A DNA stretch of 64,000 bases from Fistulifera solaris (taxonomy: Eukaryota): positions 62,001-126,000 of the forward strand of contig AP026154.1 in assembly GCA_030295235.1 (NCBI GenBank), written 5' to 3'. The notes beneath the pieces are model-generated. The model searched no databases. It saw only the letters and a program-made list of their open reading frames with translations, and was not told the origin of the DNA. How positions within the stretch are numbered: the stretch's first letter is position 1; every line of letters starts with the position of its first letter. Of this stretch, positions 36,528-48,513 are shown one piece after another. Position numbers and translations under genes: made by a program.

Positions 36528-37253
36528 GGTCGTTTGTGTTGATCTGCGCCGTCGCGGTCCTCTTTTTATTTAACGTCGTCCCTATAAAGGAAAGGCCCAA
36601 CGAATATTCGGCTTCGGAGAAATTTCACGTACATCATAAGCCATTATCCATCAAATCAAGTCATTCAATAACATCATCTATTTCGTAGAAAGCGGTCATT
36701 CAAGTGGAAACCGTATGTATTATAAGTTATAAGTTATAATAGTACTGGTACGAGGAAGGAAAAATGTCTTTTTCTCCTCAGAGTGCCAATGAAATCACGA
36801 CTGGAAATCAGTCACGAAACATATCGTTTCCAAGTCCCAACCAAAAAGTGCGTCCCTGCTTATAACTGTGTCCCTGGTCCCTCGCCTCCTAACTCACTCC
36901 TAACCATCGTGCGTCGATACTCTGCCATATGTTTGAGATTCCAAAAAAAGGCAATAAATACACTAACATGTTACCTTAAGGTATTTGTTGTGCATAAAGT
37001 ATCGGGTTTATACGTACACAGGTGTGCCAATGGCTAACGTATTCGGAACTACCAGTACTGGTAGGGTCTCAAAAATTGTGGGTTTTGGATTTCAGTCATG
37101 AAGCATTAAGGAAATCTAAGGGTGTCCAAACTGTTGACGAAATATCACTTCAGTATCTTCATATAGAAGCAATGATATTCCACATCATTTTCACGAAGCT
37201 CTTTCTGGTAGAAAGTCGCGGACGAAAGTCGTCAGCTCTCCTCATCGAAGAAG

Positions 37254-37255
<2 letters not shown>

Positions 37256-37312
<57 letters not shown>
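37256..37312. repeat. (TCA)19 microsatellite
   Basis: Perfect trinucleotide run in the intergenic region between divergent genes. Confidence 0.95.
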
Positions 37313-37313
<1 letters not shown>

Positions 37314-37870
37314 TCAGCGAGGAGGAGTCAACAGAGATGCACTCGTTTCGTAGAAAGTTTTCTTTGAAAGTTACAAATGCAGTATTCTATTATCATTTAT
37401 CGTTTTTATTTATTTGTCAGGAATCAATCGCCAAATCGTCCATATTATATCCACACCATAGCTGAATCATGAATCATCACCAACGATATAACGATCGGGT
37501 ATCGGGTGCGCGATCTTTTTTCATTCTCGTCAACGATGTGCGTTGTGCGGCCAGCATCCTTGCTATAAACTGACTCATTTTTCGAAAATGGAAACCAGAA
37601 AGATCTCGTCCGTATGTCCTTCTCTACGACACGTACTACGTATCTAAGGTGTTCGGAGTACCGGTTCTCGTGACTCTACTACGCTGCAAATAATAAGAAG
37701 AAGGATCCCTGTTCGAGGCAATCCGAGCCACAAAACCTTTTACGCTACGCATACCTGGTACGCGACGGTGCAAAGCCACACACCTTCTCTCCTACACTAT
37801 ACGGATAGCCTTCCTTTGCGCTCTCTCTCTCTCTCGCTGTTGTTTCATCCTTTACTTATCAGCAAGAGTG

Positions 37871-38495
37871 ATGATGAACTGGTGGAAATCCTTTCTCACC
37901 ATCGCCGCTCTTTGCAGCGTTTCCGGCGCTCAAGCCCAAATGGTGTCTCTGCACGGCTCGGGGACGACGAATCCTTCCAAATGCTTTTGGAAGATTATTG
38001 ATCAGTTTACGACACAAAGCAAAACGCCGATTCGCATTACCTATCGTGCCGTCGGATCGTCCATCGGGCAAACGGAATTCATGGTACTGCCCCAAGCCGT
38101 CAACGACTTTTCCAGTGGCGATTTGCCGCTCACGGCCGAACATTACGCCACACTCAACGCGTCGAATGTCGGGATGATGCATTTCCCTATCTTCCTCGGA
38201 ACAGTATCCTTCTTTCACAGTGTGCCCGGTGTACAAGATTTGAATTTGACGGGTGAATTGCTGGCCAAAATTTACATGTTTGAAATTGAAAGTTGGGATC
38301 ATCCCGAAATTCTCGCCATTAACCCCAATATGCAATTGTCGGGAAATACGACTATTAAAGTTGCACGTCGTGCGGAGGGAAGTAGTAGTACCAACACAGC
38401 TACCGAGGTGAGTGCGGCTGATGCGTGACAAAATATGGAAAAAATGGTTTGATTTCTGTGAGTTGTGAGTTGTCTCATTTCGTTTTTTTTTTGCG

Positions 38496-38538
<43 letters not shown>

Positions 38539-39543
38539 CTCATTCTCCCCCAGTACATGTACCAAGCGGCCCCGGGAATTTATGACGAGAATTTGGTAGG
38601 AGCCTTCCCCACGTGGCCAAATATCACCAATGGCGAAAATGTGCTCACGTGCTCCGGATCGGGTGGCATGACGGCGTGCATTGAAGAAAATGAAAATGCC
38701 TTGGCGTACATTGAAACGGGTCACGGAGTCGATGCCGGTATCCCCGAAGTACGCATTGAAAATTTGGATGGACGATACTTGACGGCGATTGAAGCCGTGG
38801 AAAATGGTGGTTTGTCACAGGAAGAGCAAGCTTCTCTGTTTCCACCGGAGGCGACGGGTGATTTCAGCGGAGTTTCCTTTATCAATCGTCCCGGTGAATA
38901 TTCCTGGCCAATGGTCCTTTTCACGTACATTTACGTTCGTACCGATCTTTCCTACCTCAATGCCGATCAGCAAGGCCTTTTGCTCGCATTCTTGGATGCC
39001 ATGTACATGGAAGACTACATTCAACCGTGTGCCGACGAGTTTGGCTTTTTGTTGCCTGCGGAAGATATCAAGACGTATTCATTGAACGCCATTACCGAAC
39101 TCCGTGCGTTGAACAGCAATGCCACGCCTTGGAAATTTGAGGGCAGTGATACTTTATCTATCGAGGGTATGGAAGACTATGTCATTAGTGTCAAACGCCA
39201 AAGTGCTCTCGATGATGTCCGTGATCAACTCGAGGATGTGGTAACCAGTGCGGATGGAAGTACCACATCCGACAGTGATATTCAGGCCAAATTGGAAGAA
39301 ATGATGGCCACAATTGCGGATTTGCAGAACCAAATGAGTGTCATGAACAGTGATATGGAAGCCATGAATACGGTGATGGCGAGCGTCACCAATGGAGGCG
39401 ATGGCGAGATTGTCACGCGGGGCAGTTTCACCAGCGATGACGAACAGAAACTACAAGTCGCCTTGGGATTGGCCGCCACGTCGTTTGTCATGTCGATCCT
39501 CATTGTGGTGGTAGGCATGTTCCGTTATGCGACCAAACCCTGA
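37871..39543 (+). CDS. PstS-like phosphate-binding protein with signal peptide, coiled coil and C-terminal TM helix; intron 38408-38553
   Basis: LHGSGTT, ITYRAVGSSIG, DFSSGDLPL, LLAKIY...SWDHPEILAINP, RRAEGSSST and YSWPMVLFTYIYV are PstS-type motifs. The GTGAGT...CAG intron keeps the frame. Confidence 0.88.
38499..38535. repeat. (CT)n microsatellite inside the intron
   Basis: CT dinucleotide run just upstream of the acceptor at 38553. Confidence 0.9.
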
Positions 39544-40073
39544 AAGAAACACGGTCTCAAGTTGTCGTGTCAATGAGAAACTATGACACGACAACCTATT
39601 TATGTAGTTAGTGATGTTGTAAATCAAACGAACCTGAAAGTCGATACACTTTCTGTGGGGTTCATGTTGAAGCAAATGGCTTGGCTGAAGGACTTGCAGG
39701 GTGACGCTTATCGGATTATAAGGGTGTCGATACCATTTTCTGCAATGAATATGCTAGAGTTTTGATTTTTGCCGGATACCAATCTGATTTTAAGTGGATA
39801 AAGAAAAGATTATATGACATGTCTTGTATTGTGCGTATACCTGGTTTGATAGGGAGCATCACTTCAATGAGAATAACCTATCAGCATGTTAGATTCGAGT
39901 CGTGAATCATCAACAAACGTGATTGAATGGGGACCATCGCAGCGAGAAAATAAAGAACGCATCATCGCACTTTATCGCATTATTATCGCTCTCTTCGTCG
40001 TCTTTCGATTCTACTATATTGCAATTGCTATTCATCATACTTCATCTTCTGTATAGATCAACACTCAAAAAGA

Positions 40074-41441
40074 ATGACAAATGCAGCAACAGAAGATGCC
40101 ACAGCAAGTGTGATCCTTCCAATGGCCCGGAAATTGCGCATCGCGATGGAAGAACCGTTGTATATGCAGCAACATCAACAACAACCGGATGTCTTTGTTA
40201 ATCCTTCTCATCAACAACAAGACGCGATGCTACAGCTGATATTACTGGCGTCGGAATATGCTCCAGAAGTTTTGACGCACGCCGTTTTGCTGACAAACGA
40301 TGATAGTTTACGATTGCCGATTCATTTAGCTTGGTACGTCCTTACAAGTGTATTGCAAAAGAAAGGAAAGGATGAGGTGATAGGAAGAACAAGCAGAAGA
40401 TTACAAGAGTTGATGTTTGTTTTTTTATAAAAGTTGTCGTTTCGGCTCAATAACCGCTCTTTGCCTTTTTTTTCCTCTAAAACCTTACAGCGACACGAAC
40501 GCACCTCTCGAGATCATTCGTTGGCTACTCGAAAGTGATCCGAAGAAGGAATCTATTTTACGACCCGACAAATGGGGTGATTTGCCCTTGCACACAGCCT
40601 GGTACGTCACACAGAAGCAAAGAAAGGAAGAAAACTGTCTTTTTTTTTAAAATGGTAACGAGAATAGATCGGATCACTCACGTTGCTGCCTGAACTAATT
40701 TTATCCAATCAATCGAAAACACTCAAAAACATTACTGCGGTGTTTGATCGGCTGCAGCTCTCGAAAAGACTATCACGCCGTAGTCGAATTACTCTTGGAA
40801 AATGATCCGACACGACAAACTGTCTTTTTCCGGACAAATCCATGGCACTCCCTTTGCATACAGCGTGTCGGTACCAGGCCTCTCCCGCTGTTATGGAATT
40901 GTTGTTGCAATACCAGCCTCTGAAGCAATTACTGTCTCCTGGACCGTACGAACAGTTGCCTTTGCACATTGCGTGTCGTTGTCAACATGCCGATGCCGTA
41001 CCGATCTTGTTAAAATACGACAAAGAACAAGCTCTGATACCGGATCATACGGGACGGTTGCCGATTCATTTAGCGTATTTGAAACAAATGGACGCAGACA
41101 CAACAATCCGGTGTTTGTTAGAAGCAATGCTGCTGGGACGATCCGAACAAAAAGGACTCGTTTTGTGGAAGAAAGATTTGCAAAGTATGATACATTCACT
41201 GGAACTGGAAGAACGTGATATGATGACTAGTTACAAGCTGGAAGTGACGAGAAAGGCATTTCAAGCTTTATTTGAGCAAAGCGTATGCTTGGAACTCGTC
41301 CTTTGGCACCGCATGCTGGGACAGAAACAAGATCGTGAAGCCGGACGCATCACGAGCGGCGCCCATGTCATTTTGCCGCACGTGTTGTCGTTTCTTGAAG
41401 GAGATCCGATTGATCGCATAGTTGAGGAAATTCAAAAGTAA
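40074..41441 (+). CDS. Ankyrin-repeat protein; introns 40334-40490 and 40602-40757; frameshift at T5 40825-40829
   Basis: Repeats LPIHLAC, LPLHTAC, LPLHTAC, LPLHIAC and LPIHLAY. Both introns are GTACGT...CAG. C-terminal RITSGAHVILPHVLSFL is typical of diatom ankyrin proteins. Confidence 0.85.
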
Positions 41442-42132
41442 GAATGACAAACTAGTCATCTGTTGCTTTCTGATTCAGCTGCGCGACGATAGCCAAACGT
41501 GCAAAAACTGATTCATGACTGAAACGCAGTCGTGGTGAAATACAGGCAACACTTTGGGTCTATAGTGTTGATACGGAACAAGTGATTCATTCATCGCCCA
41601 CATTACGCTTCTTTACAGGATCAGTAAACCTTGCGTTGCAATGCCATCTACACGATCCCTTCTGAGTACCATTTGTTCTGTGATTCATTCTTCTTGTGTT
41701 ACTAATAAAATTGCTTTGGCTATGATTTCCATGGTTATCGTATTGGTTGAGGTGGCGATATTTCTGTAGATATCCTTGCTGTTGTTCGAGCTCGAAAACG
41801 ATCGGTTGTATCGTTCCAAACAGCGAACAGTAACGACGACGGGCGATCCTGTTACTTGTATCGTATCTACGCAAATCTTTCTTTTCGTTCGATCGATCTC
41901 CGTTGAAACAACACTGTAGCACAAACTGAAGAATCCCTTTTCATCCGTGACACGACACACGACTGACGTCCGACCGATGTCCTCTACATCCCATTTTTCT
42001 TGCGAAACGCACAATTGAAAAAAGAGGAGGCAACGAGAAGTCAAACAGGAACTTGTGAATGTAAAACGAACTCCTAGTGTCGTCGCTCTGCTCTGCGCAT
42101 AAATTTTTAAACTCCTTGCTACAAAATTGGCA

Positions 42133-44132
42133 ATGCGCAGCTTTACAACACGCCGGATTCTACTCTATCTCTCGTTCTGGCATCTTCATCACGCTTATTC
42201 GGCGACTCTTTACGATGTCATTCGAACCAACGCGGCTCTTTCTTTGCTAAAAATGAGTTTTCGTCCCATGCGGACTTGATTGAACGTCTCGAATCAACGG
42301 CCGAGTCGCTGACGCTGCTGGCGCCCAACAACGATGCCTTTTCGACACCCGACGGGGCCTTGTTGCAACAACAATGGAGCCAACGTGATGCTTGGCAATT
42401 GCACTGGAATGGAGTATTGACGTATTTGATTTGGGAAGAAGAACGGACGTCACGACAAATGTATCAGGGATTGCAGCAACCTACGGCGTGGCGGGAGGAG
42501 ACGGTCGAAGTGCAAATTACGCGCGACGGCATCTTCTTTCAATCACCTTCCAGTGCACCGGCGCAACTCGTTCGACCGGATTTGACGGTCGAAAATGGAA
42601 TAGCCCAGATAGTTAATGGTTTTGCGTTGCCGGCGTTTGTTTCCCAGTCATTATGGGATGTTATCTTGCAAGTCAGTGTCGACGACATGGCGCCGTTTAC
42701 ACGCATGCGAGAATTGATTGTCATGACGGAACTCGAGGGCTTTTTACAAAATGCGACCGCCATGACGTTCTTGACAGCTCCGGATACCGCTTTTGAGGAT
42801 CCCATGTTTTCGAATGAGACGCTGGATTTAAAAACGGCTGCGGCAATTTTACAGAATCACATGATTCCGCAGGTATTGCCCCCGGCACTCTTTGTGGCTG
42901 ATTCACAAGTCACGACACTGTTTGGTCAAAGACTGACCATAACCGAAACGGAAGAAGGAGAGATACGCATCGGATCGGCAAACGTGACGCAATATTCTTT
43001 ATTGTTAGGTGGAAACGGTATCATCCACGAAGTATCTACCTTGTTGGTGCCTCCGAATTTGAACGGAACATCTTTGATGGATAAATTGCTGGAGCAGGCC
43101 GAGAACAACACTAGCGTCGACAACTTTGTGCGACTTTTGGATACGTCGTGGATCGAGGCTTATTCGAACGTGCAACAAAATTATACAGTGTTCATAGCCG
43201 AGAACTCTACGTTGCCGAACAGCACACAGATTCCGAGCGACTGGACACGACATATACGTCGCTATGTGGCACATCAAACGGTGCCTGGGACGATACTTAC
43301 CGAAACACTACTCCGAGAGACGATGGACGCAGCAAATGCGACCGGAAGTTTCTATGAAATCGACATTCCAGTGGAATTCGACACTGCCTTATTGCAAGAG
43401 ATCACATTCCGACTCGACAATCAGACAGAGCAAGTCTTTATCGAGCAGAGTCTGCCACAGAAAGTCAACATGACGATGTTTGATTTCATTTCCTCAGCTG
43501 AAAATGGGGTGGTTCATCTCGTTTCCAATCCACTTGTGCCTCCATTCTGGACGACGAGTCTGATGGACGTAGTGGCCACATATGATGATCTATCAACGCT
43601 ACAGGCTCTCGTGGTAAAATACAACTTGGAAGATCTAGTGTCTACATATAATCGGACTTTGCTCGCGCCTACGAATGCAGCTTTCATACGACGCGGAATA
43701 GACGGACTCACGCCGGAAAGCATCGTCGATATCCTATCGTATCATTTATTGACGAAAGTGTTTTCCTCTGATCAACTTCCCACCGGTGGCTCTCGCCGAT
43801 ACAATACTGTGTTTGGGCGAATCATTACAGTATCGCGGGTGAGTGAATCGAGTTTGCAATTTAATCAGCAGGCCACAACTGTGATCACCAATGTCTTGCA
43901 CAATCACGGCATCATGCATCTAATCGACACAGTGTTGGTGCCTCCGTTACCCAACGAAACGGATGCGCCCACAACACTTCCAACTATTGCACCGGCGCGG
44001 ATTGAAACACCCACCGCGGTTCCTTTGTCGACACCTACCATGGAATTTTCCATTGGCAATCGAGCATTGAGCTACGAATCAGCTTTGGCTTTTGCACTGG
44101 GCTTGTTTATCAGTTGCGGTACTATCTTTTAA
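42133..44132 (+). CDS. Divergent fasciclin protein (about 4x FAS1) with signal peptide and GPI-like tail; frameshift at A5 42249-42253
   Basis: Leader MRSFTTRRILLYLSFWHLHHAYS. Motifs TLLAPNNDAF, NGIIHEVSTLL, ENGVVHLV, TLLAPTNAAF and HGIMHLIDTVL. Tail ALAFALGLFISCGTIF*. Confidence 0.87.
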
Positions 44133-45494
44133 TGAGAACCCGAACAACTCTTTACCTTGTTGCAAAAAGTGAAAGACGTTATTCTTCGTTAGGTTTTCGT
44201 CATCATTCATCACACGAAATAAGACACGACGACAGTTGCGTGTATCGCCGGTCTAGCCGATAAATTAGAAACTAACTATTGATTTCAATCCTCTCTCAAC
44301 CGCCACAGAACTTCGACACAAGTTTCTTACACTCATCGTCAGACATTGCAGCAAAGGCTTGTCCTCCATACTACATACGATTTGTTGAAAGGGATGTATC
44401 CGTGCTCTTCCTCTACTCCTCAAATTGTGGATGATGAATGATGGTCTGATAAAGATGAAGAGACCAATCAACAAACAGTTGTTCTTGAGCAACTCAACAT
44501 CGCGCATCGATAAGCGAACATCAAGCAAAGTATACCAAAAATTCAAATGAACAAATGGGGAGCAAAGATGGGAAGGCTACCCATAATGATGGACCCTTTT
44601 CCTTGTACACATAGCTTACTGGTTACTGGGTTGTTTCTTTCTACTCATTAATTACAGCCGTATTGCCGCTACTGTGACTAAAACCTTATCGATAATGACA
44701 CCAAGAAAAGGCCCTGAACCCTGAAGCGCAAGACACATTTTGCGTATGTCAGTCATTGACAGTAACGACTGACGACTCTTTGTACGTGTAATCGTTGTTC
44801 GTGTTCTTCTAAACCGTTAGCAACCAAAGGTTTCTAAGGTAAAGTCAACGCAGTCTGTACAGCTATGTATCACTGGCCCAAAGAGCTCGAACAAAGAATG
44901 AGTCAAAGCGTGATTCGGTCCCGCCGCAAACAAGACGACAAGCGGCAAGATCCCTAGCTGATACAAAAGCTGAAAGCTGGAGGTGAAAAATGCTAACATC
45001 TCAAGGTGTAGTAGACTATAAGAAGCTAATCGTGGCCGTGGATATAGTTTTCTCTGCTCTTTCTTCTACTTAAAGCACCAGAAATTCGAAGTCAGACACT
45101 TTTTTTTCCAAAAACTAATCACACATCACATACTTGACACTCCAAGAAATAGTTAGCTTGACTGAGAAGTAAGGTATTTCCCAAATACGAGATAAAGTCT
45201 CTACTCTTAAGACGGAGCACAGAGCGCAGGAACCAGAATCCAAGAGCCTGCCCCACGGCTTAAAAACGTTCTTTTGTATTTTTTGTTTTCTTTGCCATCT
45301 CGTCATTCAGAAGAAGCTCGCTTCACCAGATACAGCATCTCATCCCATGCGTAACACCACATTGCAACCTCATTGCGTTCAAGAAGGGATTTCAATTCAT
45401 CTACCAAAACTCCGTAGCTCCCCAGAAATCACCATGACGAGCGTATCATCGGACTCCCGCAACGAAAGAATATCTTTCACCATCTCCGCGTTCC

Positions 45495-46424
45495 ATGCAA
45501 CAAAAGTTGGTCGAGACGATTAAAACATTGACATCCGACAGGGTGTCCGCATACGATAATGACGATGACTACTCGGAGAGCAGTTCTTCGCTTGAAGACA
45601 GTTTCTTGAGTCTAGGGAAAGCCAACAATTCGATGCATTCGTCCACATCTTTCGGAATGTCGTTCTCGGAGCTTAACGAACGATGCAGATCGCCGACGAA
45701 GGAGGTGAAGCGAGACCATTACCTCTGGCAATCCTCGCTGATCCTCTCGAACAGCCTGGATGATATTAACTGGACTAGCAGTCGACAAAGTGATCCCACT
45801 CCATGTTCCTTCAACGAAATAGGTTCGTCTCGATTTTCTTCACTGGATGCGACCCATTATGAAACACCGGTTGCAATACCCAAACTGTATGTCCCTCCTC
45901 GAAGAGTTCCGACCAGCTCCAACCCTTTTTTCTCATTACCCTTTACGAGTCCACCGAAGAAATCAGGGATCATTCACCACTTTGTGTCACCGAAAAGCCC
46001 CAACTTAATAACAAGGCCATCATCTTCACGTCCTGTAATCTGTTCACCAGCGGCAACACCGAGGGACTCGCCCCGCAAAACTGTCAAACGTTCGCCGGAA
46101 ACTACCAACGTCCCCCTGTTTCTGAGTCCTAATAAATCACCAACTGATTATCGTCGCTTACAACCCAAAGCTTCACCACCTACAGTTCTTGGCCTATATG
46201 AAATGAATCGACGGTGCGACGCAAGTGATGACATGAAGGACCTTTGTTGTGACGACGACGACGACGACATGTCCGACATTACCTGCTCTCCCGCCGAACA
46301 AACCCGTCAACAGTTGTCGGATGAAAGTCGACGTTGGAAGAGTGAACTGGTCGTATCGGCTACTCAAATATCATTAGCAAGTATTATGCCCCGACGTTAC
46401 AGTTCACCGGCTCGTGAGCGCTAG
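45495..46424 (+). CDS. Ser/Pro-rich intrinsically disordered hypothetical protein
   Basis: 309-aa open frame with many SP motifs and no recognisable domain. Confidence 0.65.
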   Translation: MQQKLVETIKTLTSDRVSAYDNDDDYSESSSSLEDSFLSLGKANNSMHSSTSFGMSFSELNERCRSPTKEVKRDHYLWQSSLILSNSLDDINWTSSRQSDPTPCSFNEIGSSRFSSLDATHYETPVAIPKLYVPPRRVPTSSNPFFSLPFTSPPKKSGIIHHFVSPKSPNLITRPSSSRPVICSPAATPRDSPRKTVKRSPETTNVPLFLSPNKSPTDYRRLQPKASPPTVLGLYEMNRRCDASDDMKDLCCDDDDDDMSDITCSPAEQTRQQLSDESRRWKSELVVSATQISLASIMPRRYSSPARER

Positions 46425-46740
46425 TCAAACGATCAATTCAGTCGTCGTCGTCGTCGTCGAAATACTCCGTACCAGTCAGTACCAGGTACAAGTACTCCGT
46501 ACTTTTAATTGCCCTTACTACCACACCCGTTTACACCCGTATAGTAACGCACCAGTGAAAATGTAGTCATACTGGTACCGGTTCCGTAGTCAGAAGTCTC
46601 TCCGAAACCCGAAACACATGCTCGCGACTCACTCCTCGGAACCACCACAGTAGCCACCAATAAGTGCAGCGGCGCGCATCGCTAAAGCCACTTATTGTCA
46701 TCGACTTAATAAAAACACTTACCATGTACATGCCTTTACC

Positions 46741-48092
46741 ATGAATGATCTATTGATTCCACAAGTTGATCCTCGCAAACGATCGCGATCATCGACACCC
46801 ACAATTGACGTCGACACAAAGAATCGCGTTGGATCGAGCAACTGCAAAATGCAAATACTCGAACCTCGGGAATCAATGAATTGTTGCAATTATCCAGTCG
46901 AACCGATGTCAGTTACTCCTTAGTGGATGATCAACTACTGCGTTTGCTCGTCGACATTGCTTTTCAGCAAATGAATTGGGAATTTCGTTCGGAAACAAGT
47001 CGCAATGTCTCATTTTCGAGTCACGATACGTGGCATCATCCTCCGACGGAGCATCTCCGCGCGTGGACACAACACTGTCAACACCATGTCTTTCAAAGTC
47101 CCGCCCTTGCCGCGGTGCTCATGATTGTTCGTAATTTATCGTTTGCCGCAGCCAATGGACGACTCATGGCGTATACGGACGCGTGCGTCGCGTGGTTGGT
47201 CGGGTGTTTGTACGGACCGGAGGCGATTGCTTTGAATGCCTTACAAACGATTGTCAATTTGCAACCGCATTTTGATGTGAGTGGACAAAAACTACTGATT
47301 GATTCGTTATTCTATGCACCCACACCCGACGGTCCCGTCGTCCCCAAGGCCGGTCGACTAACGCAAGGACAGTGGGGCATGGGCGGTGTTTGGCTCGCGA
47401 GACATTTGGATGGAAAAGAAGATATCATGACCGATGTGTCCTTGGAATTCATTCTTTGTCACACCGTTGAGCAGCTGGTCACGGTCTGGAGCATCTTCTC
47501 GGCACTTCGACATTTAATTATGGGATTGAAGACTTCGCGCCCCGTACTGCTGTTGGCGTTGGATTTTATGCAAGAAGCGATTACCAGCGCACGCGTGGGT
47601 GTGGTAGGAAATGTTGATGATGAGGTCGAAGAAGGGTCGATCCCCAGTTTGCGCGCGATATTGGTTCATATGCCCGAGGAACTCGTTCAACAGTTTGCCT
47701 CCTTCTTGTACGTGCCGCGCCTCGGGTCGGATGCCTTGGATTACGTCGACCCCGTTCGCAACATTGTGACGCGTGTCACTACGCTCAAATTGCTGGCCAG
47801 TTACGACTCGACGGTGGATACGGATGTTCGTGATCGTGCGCTCGATGTGCTGGTGCCCTTGCTGGAGTTGGATGCACGCATGGCAGATCGACTGCCGTAC
47901 AGTTGCGGCGATGCCTTGATTCCCATTTTGACGAGTACGGCCGGCCGTTCCGAGGCACCGGGGCTTGCCTGTCAGGTGATGAAAGAATTTACTCGCATTC
48001 ATTCCATGAGTAAATGGCAAGAACTGCTCGTCGAAATCGCATCGCGTAATGAACGAGTGTCCCAATTGGTCTGGAACCATCTCACGTTTTGA
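46741..48092 (+). CDS. Armadillo-like helical protein, possibly related to ARID1/ARID2 (BAF250_C-like); frameshift near 46818
   Basis: The segment LMIVRNLSFAAANGRLMA resembles the ARID1/2 'RNLSF...N' motif. Adding one A near 46818-46820 joins the ATG at 46741 to the 403-aa ORF. Confidence 0.6.
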
Positions 48093-48393
48093 GGATTCTG
48101 TTCTTCTTGATAGATCTATAAGTGGATATAACCGCTGCATCAAACGAAGTAAATCACAATTATCGTCCTAATTTCAATATATTTTTAGATTTGATTGAAA
48201 TATTGTTTAGATGAACTATCCATTACTCAGACTATCCATTTCGCAATACAAGCATACCTTTAATTCACAATCATGGCGCAAATCATTCATTCATCCACAC
48301 ATTCATCCACACATTCATTCATTCAATACTTTTTTATCAGTTGCTGTCGTCGTATCTTTCTAGTTGCGCAAGCTGTGACACGGAGAGGACCGA

Positions 48394-48513
48394 TTAATCA
48401 TTCTTTTTCTGTTTGGCATCTTCTACTTCATTCTTCAGCAGACGCATCCACGCCATTATAGCCATTGCAGGAATAGCAAGTCCTATGACGAGGACCCAGT
48501 CGTTTGTTGACAT
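48394..48513 (-). CDS. Possible 39-aa single-pass membrane microprotein
   Basis: MSTNDWVLVIGLAIPAMAIMAWMRLLKNEVEDAKQKKND: a hydrophobic helix followed by a charged tail. Confidence 0.35.
   Translation of the reverse strand: MSTNDWVLVIGLAIPAMAIMAWMRLLKNEVEDAKQKKND

Noticed and set aside
37022..37465. 147-aa poly-Ser ORF
   Set aside because: It is explained by the (TCA)19 microsatellite in an intergenic region and has no other coding signal.
44265..45306. Short minus-strand ORFs after the last FAS1 gene
   Set aside because: No family motif or consistent splice pattern.
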